Source: a virus. Taken from it: a stretch of DNA of 64,000 nt. The stretch covers positions 20,044 through 84,043 of IMG/VR virus record IMGVR_UViG_3300025121_000035; one strand, 5' to 3'. A model generated the notes under the pieces. That model saw only the letters and a list, made by a program, of their open reading frames with translations, had not been told where the DNA came from and did no database searches. Made by a program: the position numbers and the translations under genes. This document shows, piece after piece, positions 48,903-59,426 of the stretch (position 1 is the first letter of the stretch; each line of letters opens with the position of its first letter).

Positions 48903-48925
48903 AAAAAGTATATATTAAAAAAATG

Positions 48926-49870
48926 TTATCCTTTTAAAATATATTTTATGTTTAAAACATAGTTAACTAGGTGAATAATAGGATCCATAGTAGTTACAAA
49001 TCCTAAATTATATTGTGTTTGAATTTCTAAAATTGATCCACCTTTTGATAATACAATATCCAAATGATATTCTTTTAAATAATCAAAAAATGGTCTACCT
49101 AAATAATTTATTGCTTCATAAAAATTAGTAAAAAAATTATTCATTATGTAATCATAATTTGTAACTGGATTTATATCACCATTTAAAATAAATTTAAAAA
49201 AATCTAATCTATCTGAACCATAATCAGTATTAATTAATGACATATCACCTGTTAATAATATTAGTTGAACAGTTTGTATTGAACGTCTTAAATCTGGAAA
49301 ATTTTTATTAACGATTTTTTTGAATGGTTCAATTTCTTTATAAATTCCTAATCCTTCTCGTTTAGATACAGCTCTTAAATATTTTATTTGATTATCATAC
49401 ATAAATTTTCGTTCTTCTGAATTCAATGGATCAAAACAAACTTCAGTAAACCTCGACTTTAATTCAGGTGTAATCTTATCAATATGATTAGTAGTAAATA
49501 TAAATCTTGTATTGTGTTCATATGTTTCCATAAATCCTTTTAACTCTTCTTGTAATTGTGAAGAAGCTCTATCGAATTCATCAAGGTATATAACTTTCAT
49601 ACCTTCTTTAAATGATAATGTTTTACAATGGTTTTCTATTTTAGTTCTTAAAATATCTACACCAAGTTTACTACTTAATTTTAATGTATTGTATTCTTCT
49701 GATAATATATTCGCTAATGTTGATTTACCTGTTCCTGGAGTTCCATAAAAAATGAAATTAAGATGAATTCCATCTTTTATAAGAAGATGTATTCTAGGTA
49801 ATAGTACCATTTGTTTTATTATTTTTGGTCTGTATTTCTCCCAAAATAATTTATCTTTTAAAGTTGTCAT
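48926..49870 (-). CDS. Clamp loader AAA+ subunit (T4 gp44 / RFC small subunit-like)
   Basis: WEKYRP, GTPGTGKS, LDEFD, FIFTTN, LKSRF and FPDLR. Confidence 0.92.
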   Translation of the reverse strand: MTTLKDKLFWEKYRPKIIKQMVLLPRIHLLIKDGIHLNFIFYGTPGTGKSTLANILSEEYNTLKLSSKLGVDILRTKIENHCKTLSFKEGMKVIYLDEFDRASSQLQEELKGFMETYEHNTRFIFTTNHIDKITPELKSRFTEVCFDPLNSEERKFMYDNQIKYLRAVSKREGLGIYKEIEPFKKIVNKNFPDLRRSIQTVQLILLTGDMSLINTDYGSDRLDFFKFILNGDINPVTNYDYIMNNFFTNFYEAINYLGRPFFDYLKEYHLDIVLSKGGSILEIQTQYNLGFVTTMDPIIHLVNYVLNIKYILKG

Positions 49871-50223
49871 ATTTTGTTTTCTTCTATTATTGTTATTGAA
49901 TTATAATTATCGTATATAAAATACATCAAAAATGTTTTAATCTTATCTTTATAATTAATTATATTTTTATTCTTGATTTGATTAATTTTTATCTCTCTCA
50001 TATATAATTTAAATTGATTAATGTCTGTTAAAATTTCAATTAATTTTTCTTTTTTCATAATATTATCAAATACATAATATATATTGTCTTCAAGATTAGT
50101 ATACCAGGGTAATAACAAAGTTTTACAATGATATATTTTTGGTATTTCTGATCCATTCATAACCCTAATTATAGTATAATTTGGAATTATAGGTATTTTT
50201 TTTGTATGTTTTTTCTTTCTCAT
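49867..50223 (-). CDS. Hypothetical protein with R-x2-KI motif
   Basis: MREIKINQI. Confidence 0.55.
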   Translation of the reverse strand: MRKKKHTKKIPIIPNYTIIRVMNGSEIPKIYHCKTLLLPWYTNLEDNIYYVFDNIMKKEKLIEILTDINQFKLYMREIKINQIKNKNIINYKDKIKTFLMYFIYDNYNSITIIEENKI

Positions 50224-50523
50224 TCATCTAAGTGTTCCGTTATATTCTAATGATGTTATTAAATCTATCTTATCATTTTGATAAATATAAAAATATAGAA
50301 ACATATCGTTATTTGTAATTTTATAATTATTAAGTATTTTATTTATTTTTAACCTTCTAAAAAATAATTTCATTTTATTGAAATCTTGCTTTCTAATAGT
50401 TTCATATAATATATTAGATATTTCATATGAATAAACAGTTCTACCGTCTATTCTCGATTTGTTTAAATATTTAAAATCAAGATTAGGCAATTCACCACTA
50501 TATTTAAATATTATCTTTTCCAT
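50224..50523 (-). CDS. Hypothetical protein with R-x2-KI motif
   Basis: RRLKINKIL. Confidence 0.55.
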   Translation of the reverse strand: MEKIIFKYSGELPNLDFKYLNKSRIDGRTVYSYEISNILYETIRKQDFNKMKLFFRRLKINKILNNYKITNNDMFLYFYIYQNDKIDLITSLEYNGTLR

Positions 50524-50815
50524 TTATATTATTCATTAATTTTTTTAATTTTTCAAATCTTCTTTTCATAATAACATCATTGAATATATCTATCCATTCT
50601 TCTACCCACACTTTGTATACAAGTGTTCCATTATTTTGTACCAAGTCATTAATAGCATATATAATATTAGCATCAGTCATATCTTTTAGTTTGATAGCAC
50701 TTCTTTCTTTATCCATATCATAAATTAAATCTAATCCTTTAATTTTATAACTTTGTAATAATGTCTTAGGACTATGCCAATCATGGGTTGCTGTTTTTTT
50801 ATTAATTAATGTCAT
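50504..50815 (-). CDS. Hypothetical protein, paralogue of the 50846 ORF
   Basis: LKDMTDANI...WI.IF.DV.MKRR..K. Confidence 0.6.
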   Translation of the reverse strand: MTLINKKTATHDWHSPKTLLQSYKIKGLDLIYDMDKERSAIKLKDMTDANIIYAINDLVQNNGTLVYKVWVEEWIDIFNDVIMKRRFEKLKKLMNNINGKDNI

Positions 50816-50829
50816 AGTTCTGTATTTTT

Positions 50830-50845
50830 TGTTCCACGTGGAACA
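50830..50845. promoter_or_regulatory. Second parS-like palindrome TGTTCCACGTGGAACA
   Basis: Identical to 21042-21057 and also intergenic. Confidence 0.8.
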
Positions 50846-51100
50846 TTATTTATTTTTTATATTTTTTTGTATTTTATTAATTTTTAAACATCTTCTTTTC
50901 ATAAAAACATCTTCTAATACATAAATCCAATCTAACCTTATTTGACTAGATTCATTTCTTTTAAGCATATTAATACAATTTTTAATATGACTATCTTTCA
51001 TATTTTTTAGAAGGATAGGTGTACCATCTTTCATTGTCCATTCCATATCCATTCCTAATACTTTATATTGTGTTATTATTTCTGTTTGTCTTATTTTCAT
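50846..51100 (-). CDS. Hypothetical protein
   Basis: WTMKDG..I...NM.DSH..NCI.ML; ends KRRCLKINKI. Confidence 0.6.
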   Translation of the reverse strand: MKIRQTEIITQYKVLGMDMEWTMKDGTPILLKNMKDSHIKNCINMLKRNESSQIRLDWIYVLEDVFMKRRCLKINKIQKNIKNK

Positions 51101-51258
51101 TTCATTTGAAATTATTAATTAACAATGCCATTTAATAGCAATAGCATCTTTTCCATCCCACCCTGCGTCTTTTTCAACATATAAATCAGATGTCATCATT
51201 AACATACCCTGATTAAAAAGTGGTCCAATTATATTAGGGTGGTCTTTTTCTAATTCAT

Positions 51259-51540
51259 CTAATTTTTATCATCATATATTTTAGATATTTTTAAAACTCT
51301 ATACCACATTTTTAAATTCAATTCTATATGATAATATTTTCTATTATAATCTATTATTTCAATTAAATCATTATTTAATATATTATCTTTAATTCTTGTT
51401 TTCTTTTCAATATAAAAATTATCTATACTAGATGAATGAAAAAAACCTAACTGATTTATCAAATCTTCAACTTGTTCTCTTGTAACAGAACATTCAAGTG
51501 TATGTGTTCCTAATTGTACACTTTTAGTAGTTAAATTCAT
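51259..51540 (-). CDS. Hypothetical protein with R-x2-KI motif
   Basis: YRVLKISKI near the C-terminus. Confidence 0.55.
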   Translation of the reverse strand: MNLTTKSVQLGTHTLECSVTREQVEDLINQLGFFHSSSIDNFYIEKKTRIKDNILNNDLIEIIDYNRKYYHIELNLKMWYRVLKISKIYDDKN

Positions 51541-53171
51541 TATGTTCTTTTTTGTTTTAATTCACTAATAGCATTTATAAACCAAATAGGTAAAAGTTTA
51601 TAACTTCTCTGTAAAATATTACTAAAATTTGAGTCTAATATATAAGTAATTGCATAATCATCATCACTTCTAATTGATCGACCATAACTTTGAATTAAAT
51701 CTGCTACTGTTTTATAACTATACCAATCTTTATAATCATTCATTCTTTTTTTAACTCTATTTGATTTTAAATTCGGATATGGCATTTTCAATATAACTTG
51801 AAATCTAGATAAATCATCTTTTAAATCTACTCCATTCATCATTGATGGTGAAACTAATATAGTTGGTTTTTTTGATTGAATATGTTTAAGTAAAATAGCA
51901 TCTTTATCTTCGACTGTTGGAAATAAAAATTTTTCATTTTTACCATATTTTTCTTTTAACCATTCCGCAAGTTCATAATTTCCAGTATGAATAATACCTT
52001 TTTCGTTTTTATGTTTATTAAATATTTTTTCTAAAACTGATTGTTGTTTTAACCAGGTTTCTTTTTTTTCATTAAAAGACATTTTACCAACTTTTATATA
52101 TTTCACTCTTCTATTTTTTATAGCAAAAGGGGAATCTACATTAAAATATGTACATAGATTAGGTTCTAACCCATTTAAGTAAGCAAACATATTTTTATCT
52201 AATATTGTACCACTCATAAATATAATATGATCATATTTATCATAAATTATTTTTTTAAGATAATTATATGCCCAAACTGGTTGAATATTAAATATTTTTT
52301 GAAATAATGTAAATTTCTTATCTACTTCAATATCTAATACCCAATTATCCGGATTAATAGAATAATCTTCTATTAATTTTTTGAAAGATAAACGACTAGA
52401 TTCAATATTTGCTAATTCTTTACTTAATTTTATTTTTTCGTTTGTAGATATGGATTGATTTCCAATTCTATTTGTATGTGCTTCTTCTAATTTTTCTAAA
52501 TAATGAGTTAATTCATCTTCAATATATTTAATAAATTGATTAGTATTTTTAATACCATTCATTTCTTTATCTATTTTATTAATACTAGCATCATTAAATC
52601 CTAATTTTTTTAAAGTTCTTTGTGATACTTTATTAGATATAAAATCACATAATACTGCTTCAAAGTCATGTGCTTCATCTATTATTAAAACATTACACCT
52701 ATTTTCTATTACATTAGGTAAAAATAAATGTAATGTGATGAATAAATGAAAATTAGTTAATGATATATCAGATTTTTCCCAACTAGACATTGCTAATGTA
52801 TAAGGACAAGCTGTACATGTCTTTTTTAAAGCTTTATTTAATTCTTTTCCATCTTGACAATTAGAATTATAGGTAGAACAGCTATAATTTGCTTTTCCTT
52901 TTAAACTTGATATAAATGGAAATTCTCTGACATATTGACTTTGAAGAACTTTACTGTTTGTTAATAAATCAATTTTAGCATTTGAATTTATATAATTTTT
53001 GTACCAATTGGCAACCATTATACTAAATAATGATTTTCCTACACCAGTAGGTGCATTCATCAGAAAATATTTTTTACCTCTTCTAATATGATGTTTGATA
53101 TGATTTAACATATCTATTTGAATTTGCCTTGGTTCGTGTTTAACAGGGAAATATATTTGGTTTTTGTACAT
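51540..53171 (-). CDS. DinG/XPD-family SF2 helicase
   Basis: PRQIQ, APTGVGKS, KGKANY.C with conserved Cys, IIDEAH, MSGT, GVDL, KMPYP and QSYGRSIR...D. Confidence 0.9.
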   Translation of the reverse strand: MYKNQIYFPVKHEPRQIQIDMLNHIKHHIRRGKKYFLMNAPTGVGKSLFSIMVANWYKNYINSNAKIDLLTNSKVLQSQYVREFPFISSLKGKANYSCSTYNSNCQDGKELNKALKKTCTACPYTLAMSSWEKSDISLTNFHLFITLHLFLPNVIENRCNVLIIDEAHDFEAVLCDFISNKVSQRTLKKLGFNDASINKIDKEMNGIKNTNQFIKYIEDELTHYLEKLEEAHTNRIGNQSISTNEKIKLSKELANIESSRLSFKKLIEDYSINPDNWVLDIEVDKKFTLFQKIFNIQPVWAYNYLKKIIYDKYDHIIFMSGTILDKNMFAYLNGLEPNLCTYFNVDSPFAIKNRRVKYIKVGKMSFNEKKETWLKQQSVLEKIFNKHKNEKGIIHTGNYELAEWLKEKYGKNEKFLFPTVEDKDAILLKHIQSKKPTILVSPSMMNGVDLKDDLSRFQVILKMPYPNLKSNRVKKRMNDYKDWYSYKTVADLIQSYGRSIRSDDDYAITYILDSNFSNILQRSYKLLPIWFINAISELKQKRT

Positions 53172-53203
53172 ATAATATAGTTTTACTTTTAAATAATATA
53201 TGA

Positions 53204-54103
53204 TTAAGATTTCAAATAGTTTTTTATTTTATTTTCTATATTTTCATTATATTTTATTCTTAATAAACCTATACCACTATTTTTACAAAAATTATTTTTA
53301 ATTATATCTAATTTTTTTCTATTTTTTAATCCTTCTTTTCCTCCAAAAAAATTCAGTGGTTTAAAATGTTGTTCTCCATCATATTCTATTATTAAATTTA
53401 TATTAGGTAAATAAAAATCAAATGGCAATTGGTTTTTATTTCTACAATTTTTAAATTTTTTCTGTGTTTCAAAAATTATATTATTTTGTTCTAATAAAAT
53501 TCTAATTTCTTTTTCTCCGTGACTTTCTTTACAAAATGGACAACCAATACCTCTTATATGATCATCTGGTCTTTGTTCAAATTCCCCATGAATAGGACAA
53601 TCAATTTTAATTTTAGTTTTATTATTTATATAATTTGTATTTGGATAACTATATTTATTATTATGAATATTTTTTACTTTTTCAATAAATTCTTCGGTAG
53701 TAAAAATTTTATATGAACATTTTGGGCAACCTTTACCATTTAAATGATTATTAGGCAATTGTTCAAATATTCCATGTTCTTTACATATAATTTTAATTTT
53801 TGTTCTAGCGTTAACATAATTTACTAAAAGATAACCAAAATTATCACCATGAACTTTTTTAGCATCTATGATAAATTTATTAGTAGTTTTAGTTTGATTT
53901 ACTGCTTTTTTCAAATATGAACAAATAGGGCATCCACTACCAGATAAATGGTCACTTGGTCTTTGTTTAAACTCTCCGTGTTCAAGACAATTTATTTTAA
54001 TTTTTGTTGAATTATTTATATAATTCAACAACGAATAATCATATTTATCGCCTTGTACTTTTATTGCTTTTTCAATAAATTCATTAGTTGTTAGTTTTTT
54101 CAT
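53204..54103 (-). CDS. Putative homing endonuclease (DUF723-like Zn-finger repeats plus PD-(D/E)XK)
   Basis: Three repeats of KIKI.C..HG.F.Q.P..H..G.GCP.C; LPFDFY...IEYDGEQH. Confidence 0.82.
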   Translation of the reverse strand: MKKLTTNEFIEKAIKVQGDKYDYSLLNYINNSTKIKINCLEHGEFKQRPSDHLSGSGCPICSYLKKAVNQTKTTNKFIIDAKKVHGDNFGYLLVNYVNARTKIKIICKEHGIFEQLPNNHLNGKGCPKCSYKIFTTEEFIEKVKNIHNNKYSYPNTNYINNKTKIKIDCPIHGEFEQRPDDHIRGIGCPFCKESHGEKEIRILLEQNNIIFETQKKFKNCRNKNQLPFDFYLPNINLIIEYDGEQHFKPLNFFGGKEGLKNRKKLDIIKNNFCKNSGIGLLRIKYNENIENKIKNYLKS

Positions 54104-54239
54104 TTAATTTATTAATTTTTTTTGTTAATTCATTTTCTATCCAAGTATTTAATATTAAGGATTTATCTACACAATATAATTTGATTTTTTTGTGCAATTC
54201 AGGCGAAATTTTAATTGTTTTATATTCATTCATTTTCAT
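54084..54239 (-). CDS. Small ribbon-helix-helix-like protein
   Basis: Manual translation MKMNEYKTIKISPELHKKIKLYC...WIE; overlaps the endonuclease start. Confidence 0.45.
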   Translation of the reverse strand: MKMNEYKTIKISPELHKKIKLYCVDKSLILNTWIENELTKKINKLNEKTNN

Positions 54240-54356
54240 ATCTAATATCTTTTTATTTTATATATAAAATTTTAAAAGTGTAATTTTACTATTTATTTTT
54301 CATCATATATACGAATAGTTTTTTTAATATATAAATTAAAATAATATTATTATTAA

Positions 54357-55064
54357 ATGAAAAATATTAAAGATTTTTTAATTGGTAAATCAGAAGAAGA
54401 TATCAAGAAAGTTATGAATAAATTAGAACCAATTAAACAATTAGATAAAATGATTGAATATGATACGAAACTTTTATCTGATGATGAACTTATAAATTTT
54501 TTAAATAACTTAAAACCCAATCCAAATACAACAAAAAATATTATCGAAACACAAATACATTATGCTTGTAGATATGGATCAGCAAAAGCTGTAAAATATT
54601 TTTTAGATAAAGGTGCTAAATATGATGATAATAACTATCAAAAAGTACTATTAACATTTAGAAATAATCAAACAGATATAGCCAAAGTATTTATAGAAAA
54701 GATGAAAGAAGATGGTGTTGAAAATAAATTAACGATAGTAAGTAATTATTGTTTAAGACGCGCTTGTAAAAATGGGAATTTAATATTAGTAAAAGAATTA
54801 TCTAAAAATAATGTACCATTAGAATATCCTTATAATGATCCATTTAAATATGCTTGTAAAAGTGGAAATGTAGAATTAGTTAAATTTTTATTACAAGACA
54901 AAAAAATAAATGCTTCTTCTGGAAATAATGCTGCGTTATATAATGCATTTAACGATAAATCTTATGATATAGTTAAATTATTATTACAAGATGAAAAAGT
55001 AATTGAAAAATTAAAAAATGATACTACATTAGAAAAAATGATAAAAAATGTAGGATTATTATAA
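54357..55064 (+). CDS. Ankyrin repeat protein with leader variant
   Basis: MKNIKDFLIGKSEEDI; ACKSGNVELVKFLL repeats. Confidence 0.85.
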   Translation: MKNIKDFLIGKSEEDIKKVMNKLEPIKQLDKMIEYDTKLLSDDELINFLNNLKPNPNTTKNIIETQIHYACRYGSAKAVKYFLDKGAKYDDNNYQKVLLTFRNNQTDIAKVFIEKMKEDGVENKLTIVSNYCLRRACKNGNLILVKELSKNNVPLEYPYNDPFKYACKSGNVELVKFLLQDKKINASSGNNAALYNAFNDKSYDIVKLLLQDEKVIEKLKNDTTLEKMIKNVGLL

Positions 55065-55151
55065 TGAGGTAATTTAATATATACTTATGAATAACATATC
55101 AAATAAATATTATTAAATATTTAAAATTAAAAATGATTAAAATTAAATTTA

Positions 55152-56195
55152 ATGAGAAACATTTATTATAAACAAACCCCTATAAATCTGAGAAAATTTG
55201 GAGTAAATTCTGATGCATATAATGCAGTCATACAGAATTACATAAGTAAAATTAAATCAAATATGATACATTTTTTACAAAAAAATAAAAATTTAGATGA
55301 AGATAAAGCATTTGATTTTGTTGAAGATATGTTTAATATGGGTTATGAAAGAACTCATAAAATAATAAATGAGATAAAAGATTATTATCAACAAAAAGTA
55401 TCAACAGTTGATGCTGCTAAAAAATTAATGGATAAATATTATAAAATAGCAGTATTGAATAGTGAAAATCCTATTTATTCTCAAGCAGAAGTAGTAGAAG
55501 TTACAGAGAGTATTGATACAACAGATAAAAAACTTGTATCTAAAAAATTGTTTTGGTTATTTATTATTAAATTAAATGATATAAATATAAAATTTAATTT
55601 AAATACTCATTATATAAAAGGAATTGATAATTCATTAAATAATAATTATTTTCTTAATATGGAATCTAACAAAATAAATGTTCAGGATGTCATATATGAA
55701 TTTAAATATAGTAAGATATTTTCGTCATTTTTAAAATTTATTGAAGATAAAAATGAAATATCATTTTTTTTAAATATTAATGATAATAATATGCTACAAT
55801 TTGGTTATATGGTTAATACTAAAAAATATGAATTAGGATATTATAATTATACTAATATTGACATAGGAAAATTAGATTTTATCATAGAAAAAACTAATAG
55901 TGATATAAGTTTCAGAGAATTATCTAGAGGATTTAAGACAAATTTAGCAATAACTTATCAAATAAAAAAAACACTAATAGCATATTTAAATAAATATGAT
56001 GATATAGATTTTTATATAAATATTTTAAAAAATGAGTTTACTATTATAATTGAATCTAATAATAGTGATGTATTAAATAAAAAATATCTTGAACAAATTA
56101 TAAGTAATCATTTATCTAAATTAGAATATAAACGAGTAAGTATCATAAATAAAAAAATAGATAATGGTGATGTATATTATATTTCAATTATATAA
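55152..56195 (+). CDS. Hypothetical protein
   Basis: 347-aa ORF. Confidence 0.65.
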   Translation: MRNIYYKQTPINLRKFGVNSDAYNAVIQNYISKIKSNMIHFLQKNKNLDEDKAFDFVEDMFNMGYERTHKIINEIKDYYQQKVSTVDAAKKLMDKYYKIAVLNSENPIYSQAEVVEVTESIDTTDKKLVSKKLFWLFIIKLNDINIKFNLNTHYIKGIDNSLNNNYFLNMESNKINVQDVIYEFKYSKIFSSFLKFIEDKNEISFFLNINDNNMLQFGYMVNTKKYELGYYNYTNIDIGKLDFIIEKTNSDISFRELSRGFKTNLAITYQIKKTLIAYLNKYDDIDFYINILKNEFTIIIESNNSDVLNKKYLEQIISNHLSKLEYKRVSIINKKIDNGDVYYISII

Positions 56196-56306
56196 GATAC
56201 ACATTTAAATGAATAATTATTTTATATATAATTGAAATATAATATACCTTTAATACCTTTAAATTTTTTATATATAATTCTAAATTAAAAAAAAATAAAT
56301 TTATAA

Positions 56307-59300
56307 ATGGCTGTGCAAAAAAATTCGTTTGTTCAGATTGCCGAACAAATACAATTACTAAACAACAATAATGTTGAAGTATTAACTAAAATAAATGATA
56401 TAGTTGTAGGAGAAGATTCATCGGTAAATGTAACACAATTAGATGAACAAGGTAATGAAACTACGTATTCTTTACCAACTGTAGGTAAATTACAAAAAGA
56501 TATTAATAATCTTAATAATAATGTTAAAACATTAGCAGGATTAAATAATAATACAGTACATATAATTGATGGAAATACTACTAAAAAAATATTTATATCT
56601 GATTTAAATAGAGAACCTAATAAAATAGATAATTTGAGTACTGTTACTCAATTTGATTCTAATAATAATTGGTTTTTTGAATCTCTTATGAATCCATCGT
56701 TAACTATAAATTATGATTTATCTGATAAAGTAGGAAATGATGTAGATGGTGTTATATCAAGAAGATATATAGTTAAATTTAAGAAAGATGAAAACGGCAA
56801 TTATACTGAGGATGGTGCAAAATATTTAGATCAATTTAATAGTTTATTTCTTGGAAAGAATGATATAAATTTACAAGATTTTTTAGATTGGCATACGAAC
56901 CCTACAAATACTGGTATTTATAGAGGTAGTAATCCAATTTATGATGAAGAATATTTTAAATTTGATTTTCAAGATGTAGATGAATATGGTTTGTTTTCTG
57001 TTGTAAAACAAGAAGTTGATACAATTAATAATAAATTATGGTTTCATATATATCCATCAAGATATACATCTATTACAGATGGTCAAAAAATATTAGCAGT
57101 AGATGATCAATTAATTTTGAATAGTCAAGAATCAGTTACAAGATGGAAAATTATTGAAACAAGTACAGCATCATCAGAATTTAGAGTTAGATTAGAAAGA
57201 TTAGAAGGTTATGATCCTATTGTAACAGGAGCTAATGTTTTAAAAATATATGGTAGTAGTATTGCTAAAAAAATTGTTAAGGTTACTGTTGGTTTTGATG
57301 AAAATTTAGTAGTTTTTATGAAAGCTACAAATAGTAAAAATAATTTAAAAGGAAGTACTTGGTCAAATGGAACAGGGTTATATACAAATAATTTAGTATT
57401 AGATACTGATACTAATTTAACAATGTCACAATATTATTTAGATTATGTTGAGGATTATGGTAAAATATTAAATGATATGATTCAAAAAGTTATACCATCT
57501 AATTTAGGATTACCGCCAAATAAACCTATTTTAGATAGTACTAATTTTAATGTTGTTCAAATTAATAAACATTTAACAGATACCGATAATAGTAAAGTTC
57601 TAAAAGATTTACATTCTGAAAAAACAAAAGTTAAAACAAAATTAGAACAAGTAAATGCTGCAATAGTTCAAAAAAATAAAGAATTATCAGTAACTAGATT
57701 CGCATCAATTGGTGAAAAAACTAAATCACAAAATGAATTAGGTAAATTATCAGGAGAACAAGAAAATTTATCTAAATTATTATATTCTATAACAAGACAA
57801 ATTAAAAGCAAAACTGATACAACAACAACAGTAGATGCTAAGTTTAGAGTTAGGGGATTTTGGGATATACCAGAAGCAAAACAAGATTATGGTTATAGAC
57901 CACAAGAAATAATTCAATTTGAAATACAACATAGATATTCTTCTAAAACTGGTGTAGAAAATCAAACAGAAGGATTTAAATTAGAATCATCTGATGGAAC
58001 AAAGAAAAATGCATATTTTGCAAATTGGGTTTCAATTACATCAGATTTAAGAAAAAGAACATATAATAAAGATACATCAACTTGGACTTGGGATATAGAA
58101 GATGTTTCAGATGCAGATACACCAAATATTAATCAATTAGATATTTCTATTAGTGCAGACGAAAAAGTTGAAATAAGAGTTAGATCAATATCAGAAGTAG
58201 GATATCCAGATTCAAAAATTTATAGTGATTGGTCAGATACTTTAAGTGTAGAATTTCCTGATAATTTAAAAAATGTATTAGGTGAAAATGATTTCATATT
58301 ACAAGAAGCTAAAGATGATAATACAATGCTTGAATTTGAACAATCATTAGATGCTAAAGGTGTTATTAAACATATAAATGAATCTTATTTTAATCAAGAT
58401 GAATATGTAGCACATTTAGATAAAAGTATAATAACAAATTACAAAGATGATACTGGTACAGCATTTGATTTAAGAGAATATTTAGATTATTTAACAAAAA
58501 AAATAGTTTCATTAGAAAATATTATTTATTCAGCTAAAGGATTACTTAAAGTATATGTATTCAATGGTTCTGAAGAAGTAGAAATTGCTAATAATAGTAA
58601 TATAAAAATAGATTTTACATGTGAAAATGCAGGAAATACATCAGATGGTGTTACATTTGATAATAATATATATATTAATGGAGATTATTATATAAAAATT
58701 CAAAATATATCTGAAAACTCACAATTAAATTTCTTAATAAGAGATAATTATAGTTATACACCTAGTAATGCTTATAGAACAGGAGTAAATAATTTACCTT
58801 GTTTAGTAGACGTAAATAATAAATTTGTTGTTCAAGAAGCTAATCAATTTATATATTTTATGGATAGTGCGGGTGGTAATTTATTATATACTGGTAATAC
58901 TTCTTATGATACATCATTATATTCTAGTTCAGATTATACTTGGTTATATCAAAATTTAACTGGTTCTACAACAATAAATGGTTTAAGTGGAGATTATATT
59001 AATTTAAATAGAAGTAGTAATCCTAATAATTATTCATATAGTGCATTAGGTCAAGATACGGGTAGTGGTTATGATTGGGATAAATCTGGTGGATTTAGTA
59101 CATTAATTTGTCCAGTTGTAGATTCAATAGATGATATAGTTATATCTGAATCACAAGATTTTAAATCGTTAGCTTTTAATGAAGAAATTATATTCCCTAT
59201 TAACATTTATTGGAAATTTGTTGGAAATTCAGCAACAACAATAGATATTACAACATTAAATTATATAACACATGTTAAATCAATTAAAGTTCGTTTAAGA

Positions 59301-59405
59301 CCATTATCTATAGATGGATTTTTTGATTTTACAATAACATTTAATATAAAAAATGTTAATTTAACAACAACTACAGGTAGTTCAGTGCCATCTGGTCTTT
59401 CTTAA
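56307..59405 (+). CDS. Large probable virion structural protein (coiled coil plus FnIII-like segment)
   Basis: 1032 aa; VEIRVRSISEVGYP....SDWS resembles an FnIII C-terminal strand; promoter-like motif upstream. Confidence 0.55.
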   Translation: MAVQKNSFVQIAEQIQLLNNNNVEVLTKINDIVVGEDSSVNVTQLDEQGNETTYSLPTVGKLQKDINNLNNNVKTLAGLNNNTVHIIDGNTTKKIFISDLNREPNKIDNLSTVTQFDSNNNWFFESLMNPSLTINYDLSDKVGNDVDGVISRRYIVKFKKDENGNYTEDGAKYLDQFNSLFLGKNDINLQDFLDWHTNPTNTGIYRGSNPIYDEEYFKFDFQDVDEYGLFSVVKQEVDTINNKLWFHIYPSRYTSITDGQKILAVDDQLILNSQESVTRWKIIETSTASSEFRVRLERLEGYDPIVTGANVLKIYGSSIAKKIVKVTVGFDENLVVFMKATNSKNNLKGSTWSNGTGLYTNNLVLDTDTNLTMSQYYLDYVEDYGKILNDMIQKVIPSNLGLPPNKPILDSTNFNVVQINKHLTDTDNSKVLKDLHSEKTKVKTKLEQVNAAIVQKNKELSVTRFASIGEKTKSQNELGKLSGEQENLSKLLYSITRQIKSKTDTTTTVDAKFRVRGFWDIPEAKQDYGYRPQEIIQFEIQHRYSSKTGVENQTEGFKLESSDGTKKNAYFANWVSITSDLRKRTYNKDTSTWTWDIEDVSDADTPNINQLDISISADEKVEIRVRSISEVGYPDSKIYSDWSDTLSVEFPDNLKNVLGENDFILQEAKDDNTMLEFEQSLDAKGVIKHINESYFNQDEYVAHLDKSIITNYKDDTGTAFDLREYLDYLTKKIVSLENIIYSAKGLLKVYVFNGSEEVEIANNSNIKIDFTCENAGNTSDGVTFDNNIYINGDYYIKIQNISENSQLNFLIRDNYSYTPSNAYRTGVNNLPCLVDVNNKFVVQEANQFIYFMDSAGGNLLYTGNTSYDTSLYSSSDYTWLYQNLTGSTTINGLSGDYINLNRSSNPNNYSYSALGQDTGSGYDWDKSGGFSTLICPVVDSIDDIVISESQDFKSLAFNEEIIFPINIYWKFVGNSATTIDITTLNYITHVKSIKVRLRPLSIDGFFDFTITFNIKNVNLTTTTGSSVPSGLS

Positions 59406-59426
59406 AAATATAATTAATTATTAAAA

